This document shows positions 9,801 to 17,740 of a stretch of DNA of 64,000 nt, in pieces. Positions within the stretch are counted from its first letter, which is position 1. Each line of letters opens with the position of its first letter. Source of the stretch: an uncultured Gemmatimonadales bacterium (GTDB lineage Bacteria > Gemmatimonadota > Gemmatimonadetes > Gemmatimonadales > GWC2-71-9); NCBI GenBank assembly GCA_963748815.1, contig CAVVKJ010000006.1, positions 65,728-129,727 on the forward strand, given 5' to 3'. Position numbers and translations under genes: made by a program. Below the pieces are notes generated by a model. That model searched no databases. It was not told the origin of the DNA and worked only from the letters and a program-made list of their open reading frames with translations.

Positions 9801-10155
9801 CCGACTGGCTCGGCTCCTCGGAACCGAAGGGGTTTCCGCGCTCCGCCTCGGTCGCCTCCGGGCGCCCGAGCGCGAGCACGCTCCGGTGGCGCACGACCCA
9901 ACTGGTCGGTCCCCGGCCCAGCGGCGCCTCGGACGGCGGCAGCCGCGTGCCGCGATCGGTGTGCGCCACAAAGCGAAGGCGCTCCGTGGCGGGGTCGTAC
10001 AGGGCCACGTAGAAGGCGTCGCAGTCCACGAGGGACGCCACCTGCGCCCGGAGCACGTCGTAGAGCGCGGCGGGCTCCATCAGCCGGGCCGTCGCCTCGG
10101 CGATGGCGGCGAGCACCTCGACCGGGAGCGAGCCGCCGCGATACGATCGGGTCAC
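6889..10155 (-). CDS. cytoplasmic multi-GAF / multi-PAS sensor histidine kinase
   Basis: GTG 10155 overlaps the upstream stop (GTGA) and gives 1088 aa. There are about three GAF-like and three PAS-like modules. HisKA motif is VAHELNNPLAGI. The HATPase_c region contains GTGLGLSISHGII. I see no obvious TM segment. The 268-aa N-terminal extension in the track is junk. Confidence 0.9.
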   Translation of the reverse strand: MTRSYRGGSLPVEVLAAIAEATARLMEPAALYDVLRAQVASLVDCDAFYVALYDPATERLRFVAHTDRGTRLPPSEAPLGRGPTSWVVRHRSVLALGRPEATEAERGNPFGSEEPSQSAIHAPMMLGDRLLGVLSTQSYRANAYDDEAVGVVSAIAAHAAIAIQATRTVDSTRAAEAIAEATLAGSEALRALAHDLSTIGTIDAMVERGLQAALTVAQAAGAMVAGRPGEQLPGLVVLGALGREARLYRVGDVLGERDPQVAVSRSGVARSSADLEGEPEAAPDPRRPRPHRPGAMVPMRFGSVITGVLTVSGPDAGWTVPSADNLLMLQAVADQVAASVSGLRLRGELLTRLDQIDALGRVAHALTGVEDADRTTHFLAEEGMRVFGAERTGVFLLDRAARSAACLARIRLSEAYARAFERQFHALPAAASLLDGRPVFVEHARREFASPMAAAVHAEGYASAAFLPLVFANETIGVLAFFHDRPREYASEERRLAVAFADQAALAIGKSRLFDLVSRSRREWQTAFDAAATGLAILDATGRIARANRFVADLAGVGVTEIVGRPFHGLFVDGGETREDPVALSTAAGSGVTTLLEAVDGRSLVVTATPLPEGGHVVAVDDVSQVLRLEQRFRLVVEAAHDAIVLADPHGDVRFANAAAVELFGSPEEALHGRPLAELLPGDLDGGTGSRRFESRIVRPDGQGRLLAVSLAPLGPVEGAGGSVALMRDVTRERVATEELRRSEVRYRALFDTVPVAIFTLDEDGVLRSVNPAARALAGFGEAEPRLADFVVPAEAAYVAKQLTLVRGGEPREFVMRLRRPDGVVREASVVAVPAAEEGAGAPLVLAIARDVTDEQRLREQLGQTEKLAGLGRLVSGVAHELNNPLAGISALAQALILDEPLDEGSRRVVESIRTEATRAAQIVTDLLTFARQRPLRRTELDLGALVRDAVSASGERLGRWTVDIPADLPPVHADPDQIRQVVLNLLSNGAHAMRATGATGSVRAWGDGPMVVLEVLDGGSGIPPDVMARIFEPFFSTKPAGEGTGLGLSISHGIIRAHGGDIRAENRPGGGARLWFELPRHPGRGAR

Positions 10156-11051
10156 GGCGCCTCCGGCACCATCACACGGATCGCACCGGGGACCACCGTG
10201 GCCGTGAACGGCGTCATCCCGCCGAGGTCGCCGTCCAGTTCCACCGGCACGGAGGCGTCGGTCTCGACGTGAATTTCCCGGCCGCGCACATGCCCGATGC
10301 GCGAGCCCGGACCTTCGGCGCGCCGCAGGAAATGCCAGATCGCCTGGACGCCGTCGGCCAGCCCGTCGGCGCGCAACACCACCACGTCGAGCAGCCCGTC
10401 GTCCGGCCGGACCCCGTCGCCGAACCGGAGAATCGGCGGCAGGACTTCGGCGCAGTTGGCCACCAGCACGACGGCCGCGTTCGCTTCGTACTCGACCCCG
10501 TCCACCCGGATGTGGTAGAGGCGACTTCGCATCTCGTTGATGAGGCGAAGCGACGTGGCGATGTAGGCGCCCACCCCCCAGCGCTGCTTCAGCACGCTCG
10601 AGGTTTCGGCCATGATCTGCGCGTCGAACCCCGCCCCGCAGGCCACCGCGAAATAGTGCGGCACCCCCGTGGCGTCGTCGAGCCGGCCGAGGTCGAGCCG
10701 CCGTGACACGCCGCGCACCAGGATCTCGGCGGCGCGCGCCGGCGTGAACGGAATCCGGAGGTTGCCCGCCAGGAGGTTGCCCGTCCCGCCAGGGATGAGC
10801 GCAAGCGCGACATCGGTCCCCACCAGGGCGGAGGCCGCCTGCATCGTGGTTCCGTCGCCGCCGAACACGGCGACGGCATCCATCCCCGCCGCCACGGCTT
10901 CCGTCGCCAGGCGGCGGGCGTCGCCGGTGCCCCCCGTCGCCACCACTTCCGCCTGCCATCCACCGTGGCGCAGCACGTCGCGGACCTCCCGGACCGTCTT
11001 CGGCTTGGTCCGCGCGGCGGCGGGATTGGTGATGACCAGGGCGCGTGGCAC
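10152..11051 (-). CDS. diacylglycerol/lipid kinase family protein (YegS/BmrU-like)
   Basis: 299-aa ORF with the DAGK catalytic signature VAVFGGDGT and a second motif, LIPGGTGNLLA. Confidence 0.9.
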   Translation of the reverse strand: MPRALVITNPAAARTKPKTVREVRDVLRHGGWQAEVVATGGTGDARRLATEAVAAGMDAVAVFGGDGTTMQAASALVGTDVALALIPGGTGNLLAGNLRIPFTPARAAEILVRGVSRRLDLGRLDDATGVPHYFAVACGAGFDAQIMAETSSVLKQRWGVGAYIATSLRLINEMRSRLYHIRVDGVEYEANAAVVLVANCAEVLPPILRFGDGVRPDDGLLDVVVLRADGLADGVQAIWHFLRRAEGPGSRIGHVRGREIHVETDASVPVELDGDLGGMTPFTATVVPGAIRVMVPEAP

Positions 11052-11052
11052 G

Positions 11053-14000
11053 CTAGAACTCCTGCTCCCAGAGGACGTCGAGACCGGCCTGGTACCGGTC
11101 GTTGGTGGTCAGGGGCGCCGTCTGCTGGTCGGCGGTGCACGACGCAGACGGTTCGAAGCTCGCGAGGAAGCGGAATCCCCGCGCGAAGCGATACTCGAAA
11201 CTCGCCCCGATGTTCTTGTAGCTGGTGGCGCCGCCGGTGGTGCAGATGCCGGCGCTGAAGGTGAGGAACGTCTTGCGGCCGATCTGCCACCCAGCCGCGA
11301 GCTGCGTGGCGGTGGAGGAACCGTACGCCCCACCGGCGGTTCCCGGCCGCAGTTCAATGTAGTCCACCGGCACCCGTAGGTCGGTCACCAGCGTACGCTG
11401 CAGCTCGCTGGTGACGGCGCTCGACAGGTAGGCCAGCCCGAGGTTGAGCGCCTGCTGCTGGTCCCCGGGGGCGCCGCCGGTGGTCTGCAGCGTGGAGGCG
11501 GGCCGCCGGAACATCAGGTACGACACCAGGTTCGTCTCGGAAATCGGCGGCAGGATGGTGGAGGTCAGCGCCAGCTTCGGCTCCAGCAGAGTGCCGGTGA
11601 TGTTGGCGATGACCGGCACGTCCTGACTGCCGTCGAGCGGACGCACCGTGTGCTCGGCGGTGATGTCGAGGTCGGCGTTCAGGTCTGGGGTGCCCAGGAA
11701 CCGGACCTGTCCCTTCTGCACCTGGAAGTCCCGCCGCACCGGTCCGATCACCAGCGTGTAGTTCCCCCGGAGGGCGTCCATCCGCCCGTCCACCCGGTAG
11801 TCCCGCCGCAGCTTGTCCACCCGCACCTCACCGCCGAGCTGGATGTTCGCCTCGTTGGACCGGAGCCAGAAGGCGTCGCCCACCCGGATCGTGAGGTTGT
11901 CCACCCGGAGCGAGTCGACGAACCGATTGCGGGTCGTGTACCCGCGCTGGAGCATCCGCTGAAAGCGCTGGTCGAGGAGGTCGCGGAACTCCGGGTCGTC
12001 CAGGTCAACCACATCCTTGGTGACGAGATCGGCAAAGTAGAGCGCCCCGCGATTCGCGGTCATCGAGCCGGTGAGCGTCGGCGAGTTGAAGGGACCGGTG
12101 AGCCGCATCCGGCCGCTGACGTCCAGCGTGAGGAAGCCGCGAACTTCGCTGGCGAGGAAGTCGGCGGCCACCAGGCGAAGGTTGAGCACCGGGTTGGTGA
12201 GGGGGCTGAACCGGATGCTCCCGTTGGTACGCAGGGAGCCGCCGGCCGGCGCGCTGCGCAGGAGCAGCGAGTCGAGCGCCAGCGAATCGCCCATGAACCG
12301 GGCGTGCCCCACGATGCTCGAATACCGCACGCCGAGGCCCGGCACCGACCCACTGCCGTCGCGGATATCCATGAACCCCTCGAGGCGGGGAGCCTCCCAG
12401 CTTCCCGCCACCCGGACGTCGGCGCTCATGACCCCCGACATCCGGCGCACGCGGGAGGTGAACGCCTCGAGGGTTCCGAGGTCGAGGCTGTCCGCCCGTG
12501 CCCGGATCATCAGCGGCCCCTCGATCTGGCGCGTCGGCACCGCGGCCAGCGCCAGGTCGAGGGGAAGCGCCACCTCGATGCCGAGAATCCGCTGGCCGGT
12601 CTTCCAGATCGAGAGGTTGCCTTCGAGCAGCCGGTCTTCGTAGTGCAGGATGCCCTGGATGAACGGCGAGCGGAAGTCGCCGAAGACCGCGTCTCCGAGG
12701 GAGGCGGTCCCCTCGATGACCGGTGACATGCGCGTCCCGCCGATCTCGAGGTCGGCGCCGATGAATCCCGACACCCCACTCGTGTCCCCGCGGAAGAGCC
12801 CCGAGACGTCGCGCAGGTCGAGCCCGTACGCGTCGACCCGGAGGCGGCCGGGGCGCGTGCCTGGCAGGGTGCCGGACATGTTGATCGCCCCGGACCCATC
12901 CACCGTTTCGAGCCGGACCGGCGAGAGCACGGTTCCGGAGTCGGTGGTCACGGTGCTTGCCGGTGCCAGGAGCCTCCAGAGGTGACCGCTCAGCGCCATC
13001 GACAGCGAGTCGACTGTCGTCGTCTGCGTCCCGGCGTGCGCGGTATAGCGGCCGCTGGCGCCAAGGGCCGCGCCCTCGCCGCCCTCGAATGACCCGGACC
13101 AGGTCAGCGAATCGGTCCAGCCGAGCGCCCCGATCCGGACGTTGCTGGCCACCACCCGGCCAAAGGCGATCGTGTCGGCGAGCATCGCCAGGCTCAGCTG
13201 CGGGCGGGATCCACCCATCCAGCCGAACGTGGCGGAAAGCGAGTTCAGCCGACCACCGCGGAAGGTGAGCTGACTCGCGTCCGCAAACCCCGCCGCCACC
13301 AGCGAGTCGAGCGAGCCAGAGAGGGAAAAGTCGAGCCGTCCCCGCCCCGCGAGCGCCGCCTCGGCGGAATCGGGACCCAGCCCGAGCCGTGCCACGAGCA
13401 GGGAGTCGAGTCCGCGCAGGCTGTCGAACTGCGCGGTGAGCTCCAACTGTCCTTCGTACGGCGAGGCCCAGCCGAGCGTCCCCGTCGTGCCGAGCCGCCC
13501 GCCGCGCCAGTCGACGCCCAGGGTATCGATCACCATGATGCTGTCACGCACCGTGATGCGCGCGACCGCCGTGTCGAGCCGGAAGGCGTCCAGGCGCCCG
13601 GGCCCCATCGTCCCGGCGATCGACCCTTCCGGCGCCCGCAGTGTGTCGATGGACCCGATGATGAGGACCTCGCCGTTCAGGTCCGAGGTCGGGCCGCCGC
13701 CGCGGAGCGCCCGAAGATCGAGGTGTTGAAAGTCGATCTGCAGCGAGTCACCGCCCCAGCGCGGCGGCACCACGATGGCCGGTCCGCGCACCCGCAGCAC
13801 CCCGATCTCGCCGTGAACGTCGGCGTCCAGGTCCATGCGCTCCATCGTGCCCGCCAGGCGCACCCGGCCGGTGAGCGACCCCAGGCTCGGCAGGGTGGGA
13901 TACCCCGCGCGGATGCCCTCGAACGAGAGCGAGTCGAGTTGGAGGTCGCCGTCGAAGGCCGTGACGAGGCGCCGGGTATCCAGGCGCACCCAGCCATCGA

Positions 14001-15471
14001 CGAGGCTCAGGGGTCGAGCGCCGTCGCGGTGCCGCATCGCTCCGGTAAACAGGACGTTTCTCCACGGCCCCTCGAGGGTGCCGGCCAGGCTGGCGCGCCC
14101 CTGCAGCGTGACGGTCGGTGTCAGCAGCTGGACGGTTCGGAGGTCGACATCGGAGGACGCCAGCGCAAATTGCCGGAAGGTCAGCCCGTCGGCGTTCCCC
14201 GTCAGAATCCGGCCCTCCCCCGCGAAGCTGCTGGTCGCGCCGCCGGGCACCCCGATGTCGGTGACCCGGACGTCCAGCGCGAGCTGCAGGTTGGACAGGA
14301 GCCCGCTGCCCGCGACCCGCCCCGTGAGGCTGCCGCGAAGGGGGAGGGTGTCGAGGTACGGTCGCGCCGCCTCCAGGTCGAGGCGCTCGATCGCGAGGTC
14401 CATTCCCCGGACCCCCAGCCCGCGGCGCACGTCGGTGAGCACCACGACCCGGCCGTCGATCCGGGTCGTGTCGTTCTCGAGATGCAACTCCTGAAGGTCG
14501 AAACTGGCGCGGTCGGCGTCCTGCGATTTTCCGACGACCACCACCCGGCCGTGCAACGCGGGAAAATCGGGGGACACCCAGCGCAGGTCCACCAGGTCGA
14601 GTTCGCTGAACCGCATGCCGAAGTCGAGGAGCAGGGGTCCATCGGGAAACGTCACGACGCCGGCGCCCTGGAACCGGGACCCCGGCATGGCCCCACGCGT
14701 GATCTCGAAGATGAGACTGTCCTGGTGGATCCGGGCCCGGCCGCGGGCCTGCTGCACCCGCACCCCCGGATCGCTGACCCGCACCCCGAGGGTGTCGATG
14801 ACGAGGGAGAGCGGGTCGCGGTTCGGCGTGCTGATCGTGAGGCGGTCGAGCCCGAGGTCGAGGCTGTCGAAGCGCCGGACGATATCCAGCCCTTCGGCGC
14901 CCTCGGTGATGACCCGCCCGGGGAGTGCGCGCTCCGCCGCGAGTGCTGAATCCCGCGCCCCGGGCCGGACGCGCGCCGGCGGGCTCCAGGGGAGGCGCAG
15001 GGTCAGCGTGCCGCCGTGAATCTCGAGGTTGTGGATCTCGATGAGCGGCGGCCGCCCACCGGTGCCGGTCCCCTCGCCCAGATGCAGCACCTCCTCGTAA
15101 TTCATCCGGCCGTTGCGATGCCGAACCAGGTCGATCACGGGCGATTCGGCGCGAACAGCCGCTAAGTCAAACCGGCCGGCCAGGAGATTCGGGAGGTGGT
15201 AGCGGACGTCGAGCCTGGGGAAGTCGGCCACCACCGCGCCGCTGCTGTCCCTCAGCACCACGCCGGTCAGCGAGAGCCGGGTCAGGAAGTTCCCCGACAC
15301 CTCCCCGATGGTCAGGTGCCCGCGAAACACCCGATCGGAGAGGGTCGTGACGGTGCGCGCCAGGAGCAGACGGCCGGGAGGGGCCACGGTCAGCGCGGCG
15401 AGCAGGCCCACGACCAGCGCGACCGTGCCGAAGCCGGACACAAAGACGATATGCGCGAGGCGGCGGCGCAT
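11053..15471 (-). CDS. tamB: translocation and assembly module protein TamB (AsmA/DUF490 family)
   Basis: ATG 15471 gives MRRRLAHIVFVSGFGTVALVVGLLAAL, an N-terminal anchor. A roughly 1470-aa beta-rich repetitive body follows, ending in a DUF490-like C-terminus. It lies directly downstream of an Omp85 protein, and the start shares 1 nt with the TamA stop. Confidence 0.85.
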   Translation of the reverse strand: MRRRLAHIVFVSGFGTVALVVGLLAALTVAPPGRLLLARTVTTLSDRVFRGHLTIGEVSGNFLTRLSLTGVVLRDSSGAVVADFPRLDVRYHLPNLLAGRFDLAAVRAESPVIDLVRHRNGRMNYEEVLHLGEGTGTGGRPPLIEIHNLEIHGGTLTLRLPWSPPARVRPGARDSALAAERALPGRVITEGAEGLDIVRRFDSLDLGLDRLTISTPNRDPLSLVIDTLGVRVSDPGVRVQQARGRARIHQDSLIFEITRGAMPGSRFQGAGVVTFPDGPLLLDFGMRFSELDLVDLRWVSPDFPALHGRVVVVGKSQDADRASFDLQELHLENDTTRIDGRVVVLTDVRRGLGVRGMDLAIERLDLEAARPYLDTLPLRGSLTGRVAGSGLLSNLQLALDVRVTDIGVPGGATSSFAGEGRILTGNADGLTFRQFALASSDVDLRTVQLLTPTVTLQGRASLAGTLEGPWRNVLFTGAMRHRDGARPLSLVDGWVRLDTRRLVTAFDGDLQLDSLSFEGIRAGYPTLPSLGSLTGRVRLAGTMERMDLDADVHGEIGVLRVRGPAIVVPPRWGGDSLQIDFQHLDLRALRGGGPTSDLNGEVLIIGSIDTLRAPEGSIAGTMGPGRLDAFRLDTAVARITVRDSIMVIDTLGVDWRGGRLGTTGTLGWASPYEGQLELTAQFDSLRGLDSLLVARLGLGPDSAEAALAGRGRLDFSLSGSLDSLVAAGFADASQLTFRGGRLNSLSATFGWMGGSRPQLSLAMLADTIAFGRVVASNVRIGALGWTDSLTWSGSFEGGEGAALGASGRYTAHAGTQTTTVDSLSMALSGHLWRLLAPASTVTTDSGTVLSPVRLETVDGSGAINMSGTLPGTRPGRLRVDAYGLDLRDVSGLFRGDTSGVSGFIGADLEIGGTRMSPVIEGTASLGDAVFGDFRSPFIQGILHYEDRLLEGNLSIWKTGQRILGIEVALPLDLALAAVPTRQIEGPLMIRARADSLDLGTLEAFTSRVRRMSGVMSADVRVAGSWEAPRLEGFMDIRDGSGSVPGLGVRYSSIVGHARFMGDSLALDSLLLRSAPAGGSLRTNGSIRFSPLTNPVLNLRLVAADFLASEVRGFLTLDVSGRMRLTGPFNSPTLTGSMTANRGALYFADLVTKDVVDLDDPEFRDLLDQRFQRMLQRGYTTRNRFVDSLRVDNLTIRVGDAFWLRSNEANIQLGGEVRVDKLRRDYRVDGRMDALRGNYTLVIGPVRRDFQVQKGQVRFLGTPDLNADLDITAEHTVRPLDGSQDVPVIANITGTLLEPKLALTSTILPPISETNLVSYLMFRRPASTLQTTGGAPGDQQQALNLGLAYLSSAVTSELQRTLVTDLRVPVDYIELRPGTAGGAYGSSTATQLAAGWQIGRKTFLTFSAGICTTGGATSYKNIGASFEYRFARGFRFLASFEPSASCTADQQTAPLTTNDRYQAGLDVLWEQEF

Positions 15472-17585
15472 CAGAACGGCTGCCCGACGGCGAAGTGAAA
15501 GACGAAGCGGTCGGGGTCCCCGCTGGGGGTGTAGCTCTCGCGAATCCGGTAGACGGCGTCGTTCTGGCTGAGGTAGAGGGCGCCCGGCTGCTGCGCATAG
15601 CCGTTGTAACCGACGTCGAGCCGGACCGGGCCGAGCGGGGTGACGAGACGGAGGCCGACGCCGGGCGTGACCCGCACTTCCGGGGTGTTCTGGTAGCGGT
15701 CCCAGAGCACGCCGGCATCGACGAACGCCACCACCCGGAAGACCCGGCCCCAGATGGGCGACGGCAGCCGGAGTTCCACGTTCCCCACCCCGAGCATGTT
15801 CCCGCCGATCGGCGAATATCGGACCGCGCCATCGGGAATCGCCATGCTGCCGGGGTCGGTCGTGTCCACGACGACCGTGTCGTTGTCGATCAGGTAGTTG
15901 ATGGGTCCGAGGCCGTTGAGCTGATACCCGCGGACATCGTTCGGCCCGCCGGCGTAGAACCGGTTGGCCGGCGGGATGTAGTTCGTCGCCTCGACGCTGC
16001 TGAACGAGGTGAGCGGCGCCCACATCGCGCCGGCGCGCAGTCGGAAGCTCAGGACCGTCTCGCGGGAGAGCGTCCGGTACCAGGCCCGGTCGGCGACCAG
16101 CTGGATGAACTGCTGCGTCTCGCTGGATCCGAGGATTTGGGCACTGACGGTGCCCTGCAGCGTGGTGCGGTGGCCGCGCGTCGGATTGAGGGGATTGTTC
16201 ACCGAGGGGAAGGTCGCCGAGGCACCGAGCGCCCCCAGCCCCTGGTCGGCGCTCAGCCGCGCAATGTCCTCGGAACTGCAGACCAGGAGGGAGACGCAGA
16301 AGCTCGCCGGGCTCGCCTGCGTGCTCCCGTAGGTATAGGCGTAGGTAAGCGCGAGCTTGGCCTGGCGCAGCGTCTCGCGATTGAGGCTGAGTCCCGCGCC
16401 GATTTCCTGCCGCAGGTACACGAGATAGTCGGAACGCCGGTCGGCGAACACCGTGGTGGTGAGCGTGTTGTGGGGCGAGAGAAACGCCGGGCGGCGGAGC
16501 GAGACGGCCAGGCTGTAGTTGACTTCGCTCGAGCCGAGGGTGTCAGGCTTCAACTGGGAACAGAGGAAGCCGTCCTCCATCCCCCACGCCGTCGGCGCGC
16601 CGACGCCGATCTTCGAGAGCCGGCCGCTGATATCCAGCACCCGGCCCCCACCCGCAAAGTTCCGAAAGGTGATGCCCGCGCCGACGCGGAGGCAGTCCTC
16701 CGTCGCGTAGCCGACACTTCCACGGGCGCGCCGAGGCTTGCTCTCGGCCACCCGCACGGTCAGGGGCACGGCGTCTGCGGCCGGATCGTAGGTGGCGCTG
16801 TCGATGCCGACCGCGGCGAAGCTGAACAGCTCGGAGCGGTAAAGATTGCGCTGGCTCCGGTACAGGTCTTCCTGCGAGAACAACTGGCCGGGCCGGGCCG
16901 ACATCAGCGAACGCACCACGTCGGGGGAGATGCGCTTGGTCCCGGTGACCGTCAGCTCGCTCACGTGAGAGAGCGGCCCCGTCTGGAGGTCGATGGCCGC
17001 GTTCGCACTCAAGTCGGTCTTGTCGCGCTCGAAGCTCTGGAACGCGATCGCGTCGGGATAGCCGATATTGCGGAGACGACGGACGAGGGTGTCGGACGTC
17101 GCGTCCAGCTGGATTCGGCTGAAGGGATCGCCCACGCGCAGCGGCAGGTCCCGGGTCACCAGCGCCGGCTTCGCCACGGAGTCGAGACCGAGCACCTGGA
17201 GCGAATCGAGGATGACCGGCGGCCCCTCGTCGATCACGAAGGTGATGTAGATGTCCTTGTCCGTGCGCCGCACGGTGGTGTCCACCGCGACGTTCATGTA
17301 GCCGCTCTTCCGATAGAGCAGCGTGACACGAAGCACGTCCCGCTCGAACTCCAGCTGGTCGAACGGCCGCTTGTCCCCGAGGCCAACCCAGCGGACGAGG
17401 CCGGAGCGCGCGAACCAGGACGAGTTGGTCGTGGAGATGGCCGCGGAGAGCTGGACCGCGTCCAGCGCGCGGTTGCCCTTGAAGGACAACCCGCGCACGA
17501 TCAGCGGCTCGTCTTGCGCGTGAAGCGGCGCAACGGTCAGCAGCGTGGCAAGCACCGCGAGGAGCGCGCCCCGCGGCACGCTCAC
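15471..17585 (-). CDS. tamA: Omp85-family outer membrane protein (TamA/BamA-like) with POTRA repeats
   Basis: Signal peptide VSVPRGALLAVLATLLTVAPLHAQ if GTG 17585 is the start; the start is uncertain. POTRA-like repeats are followed by a C-terminal beta-barrel ending FHFAVGQPF, an aromatic terminus typical of OMPs. Confidence 0.8.
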   Translation of the reverse strand: MSVPRGALLAVLATLLTVAPLHAQDEPLIVRGLSFKGNRALDAVQLSAAISTTNSSWFARSGLVRWVGLGDKRPFDQLEFERDVLRVTLLYRKSGYMNVAVDTTVRRTDKDIYITFVIDEGPPVILDSLQVLGLDSVAKPALVTRDLPLRVGDPFSRIQLDATSDTLVRRLRNIGYPDAIAFQSFERDKTDLSANAAIDLQTGPLSHVSELTVTGTKRISPDVVRSLMSARPGQLFSQEDLYRSQRNLYRSELFSFAAVGIDSATYDPAADAVPLTVRVAESKPRRARGSVGYATEDCLRVGAGITFRNFAGGGRVLDISGRLSKIGVGAPTAWGMEDGFLCSQLKPDTLGSSEVNYSLAVSLRRPAFLSPHNTLTTTVFADRRSDYLVYLRQEIGAGLSLNRETLRQAKLALTYAYTYGSTQASPASFCVSLLVCSSEDIARLSADQGLGALGASATFPSVNNPLNPTRGHRTTLQGTVSAQILGSSETQQFIQLVADRAWYRTLSRETVLSFRLRAGAMWAPLTSFSSVEATNYIPPANRFYAGGPNDVRGYQLNGLGPINYLIDNDTVVVDTTDPGSMAIPDGAVRYSPIGGNMLGVGNVELRLPSPIWGRVFRVVAFVDAGVLWDRYQNTPEVRVTPGVGLRLVTPLGPVRLDVGYNGYAQQPGALYLSQNDAVYRIRESYTPSGDPDRFVFHFAVGQPF

Positions 17586-17740
17586 GCGGCGGCCCCCTCG
17601 GAGGCGGGGGCGCTCGTGATTGACGGCATGCTGTAAGATGCCTAGTTTCTTCACCTTACGCCACAGCGGCGGGGCCTTGGACTCCCCCCTCCTCCCGGTG
17701 CGCGGACCACCCCTCTCGAACCCGGCCTGGCCACCTGCCA

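Noticed and set aside
10156-10959. Long N-terminal extensions of many track ORFs, for example HK from 10959, TamB from 16023, HAD from 4934, SseA from 44641, GlcD/E/F and LOG.
   Set aside because: The extensions overlap the preceding well-supported gene and are R/G/P-rich. Internal ATG/GTG codons that overlap the upstream stop give N-termini typical of each family.
11046-11051. TGGCAC hexamers at 11046, 28852 and 56839 as possible sigma54 -24 elements for the local enhancer-binding protein.
   Set aside because: None has a TTGC-like -12 element at the correct spacing. All lie inside or at the very edge of coding sequence, and in orientations that do not precede a gene start.
17640-17675. GG-N10-GC arrangement (AGGCATCTTACAGCATG on the minus strand) upstream of tamA as a sigma54 promoter.
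   Set aside because: The spacing is one base short of the TGGCAC-N5-TTGC consensus and both elements are degenerate. This cannot be supported by eye.
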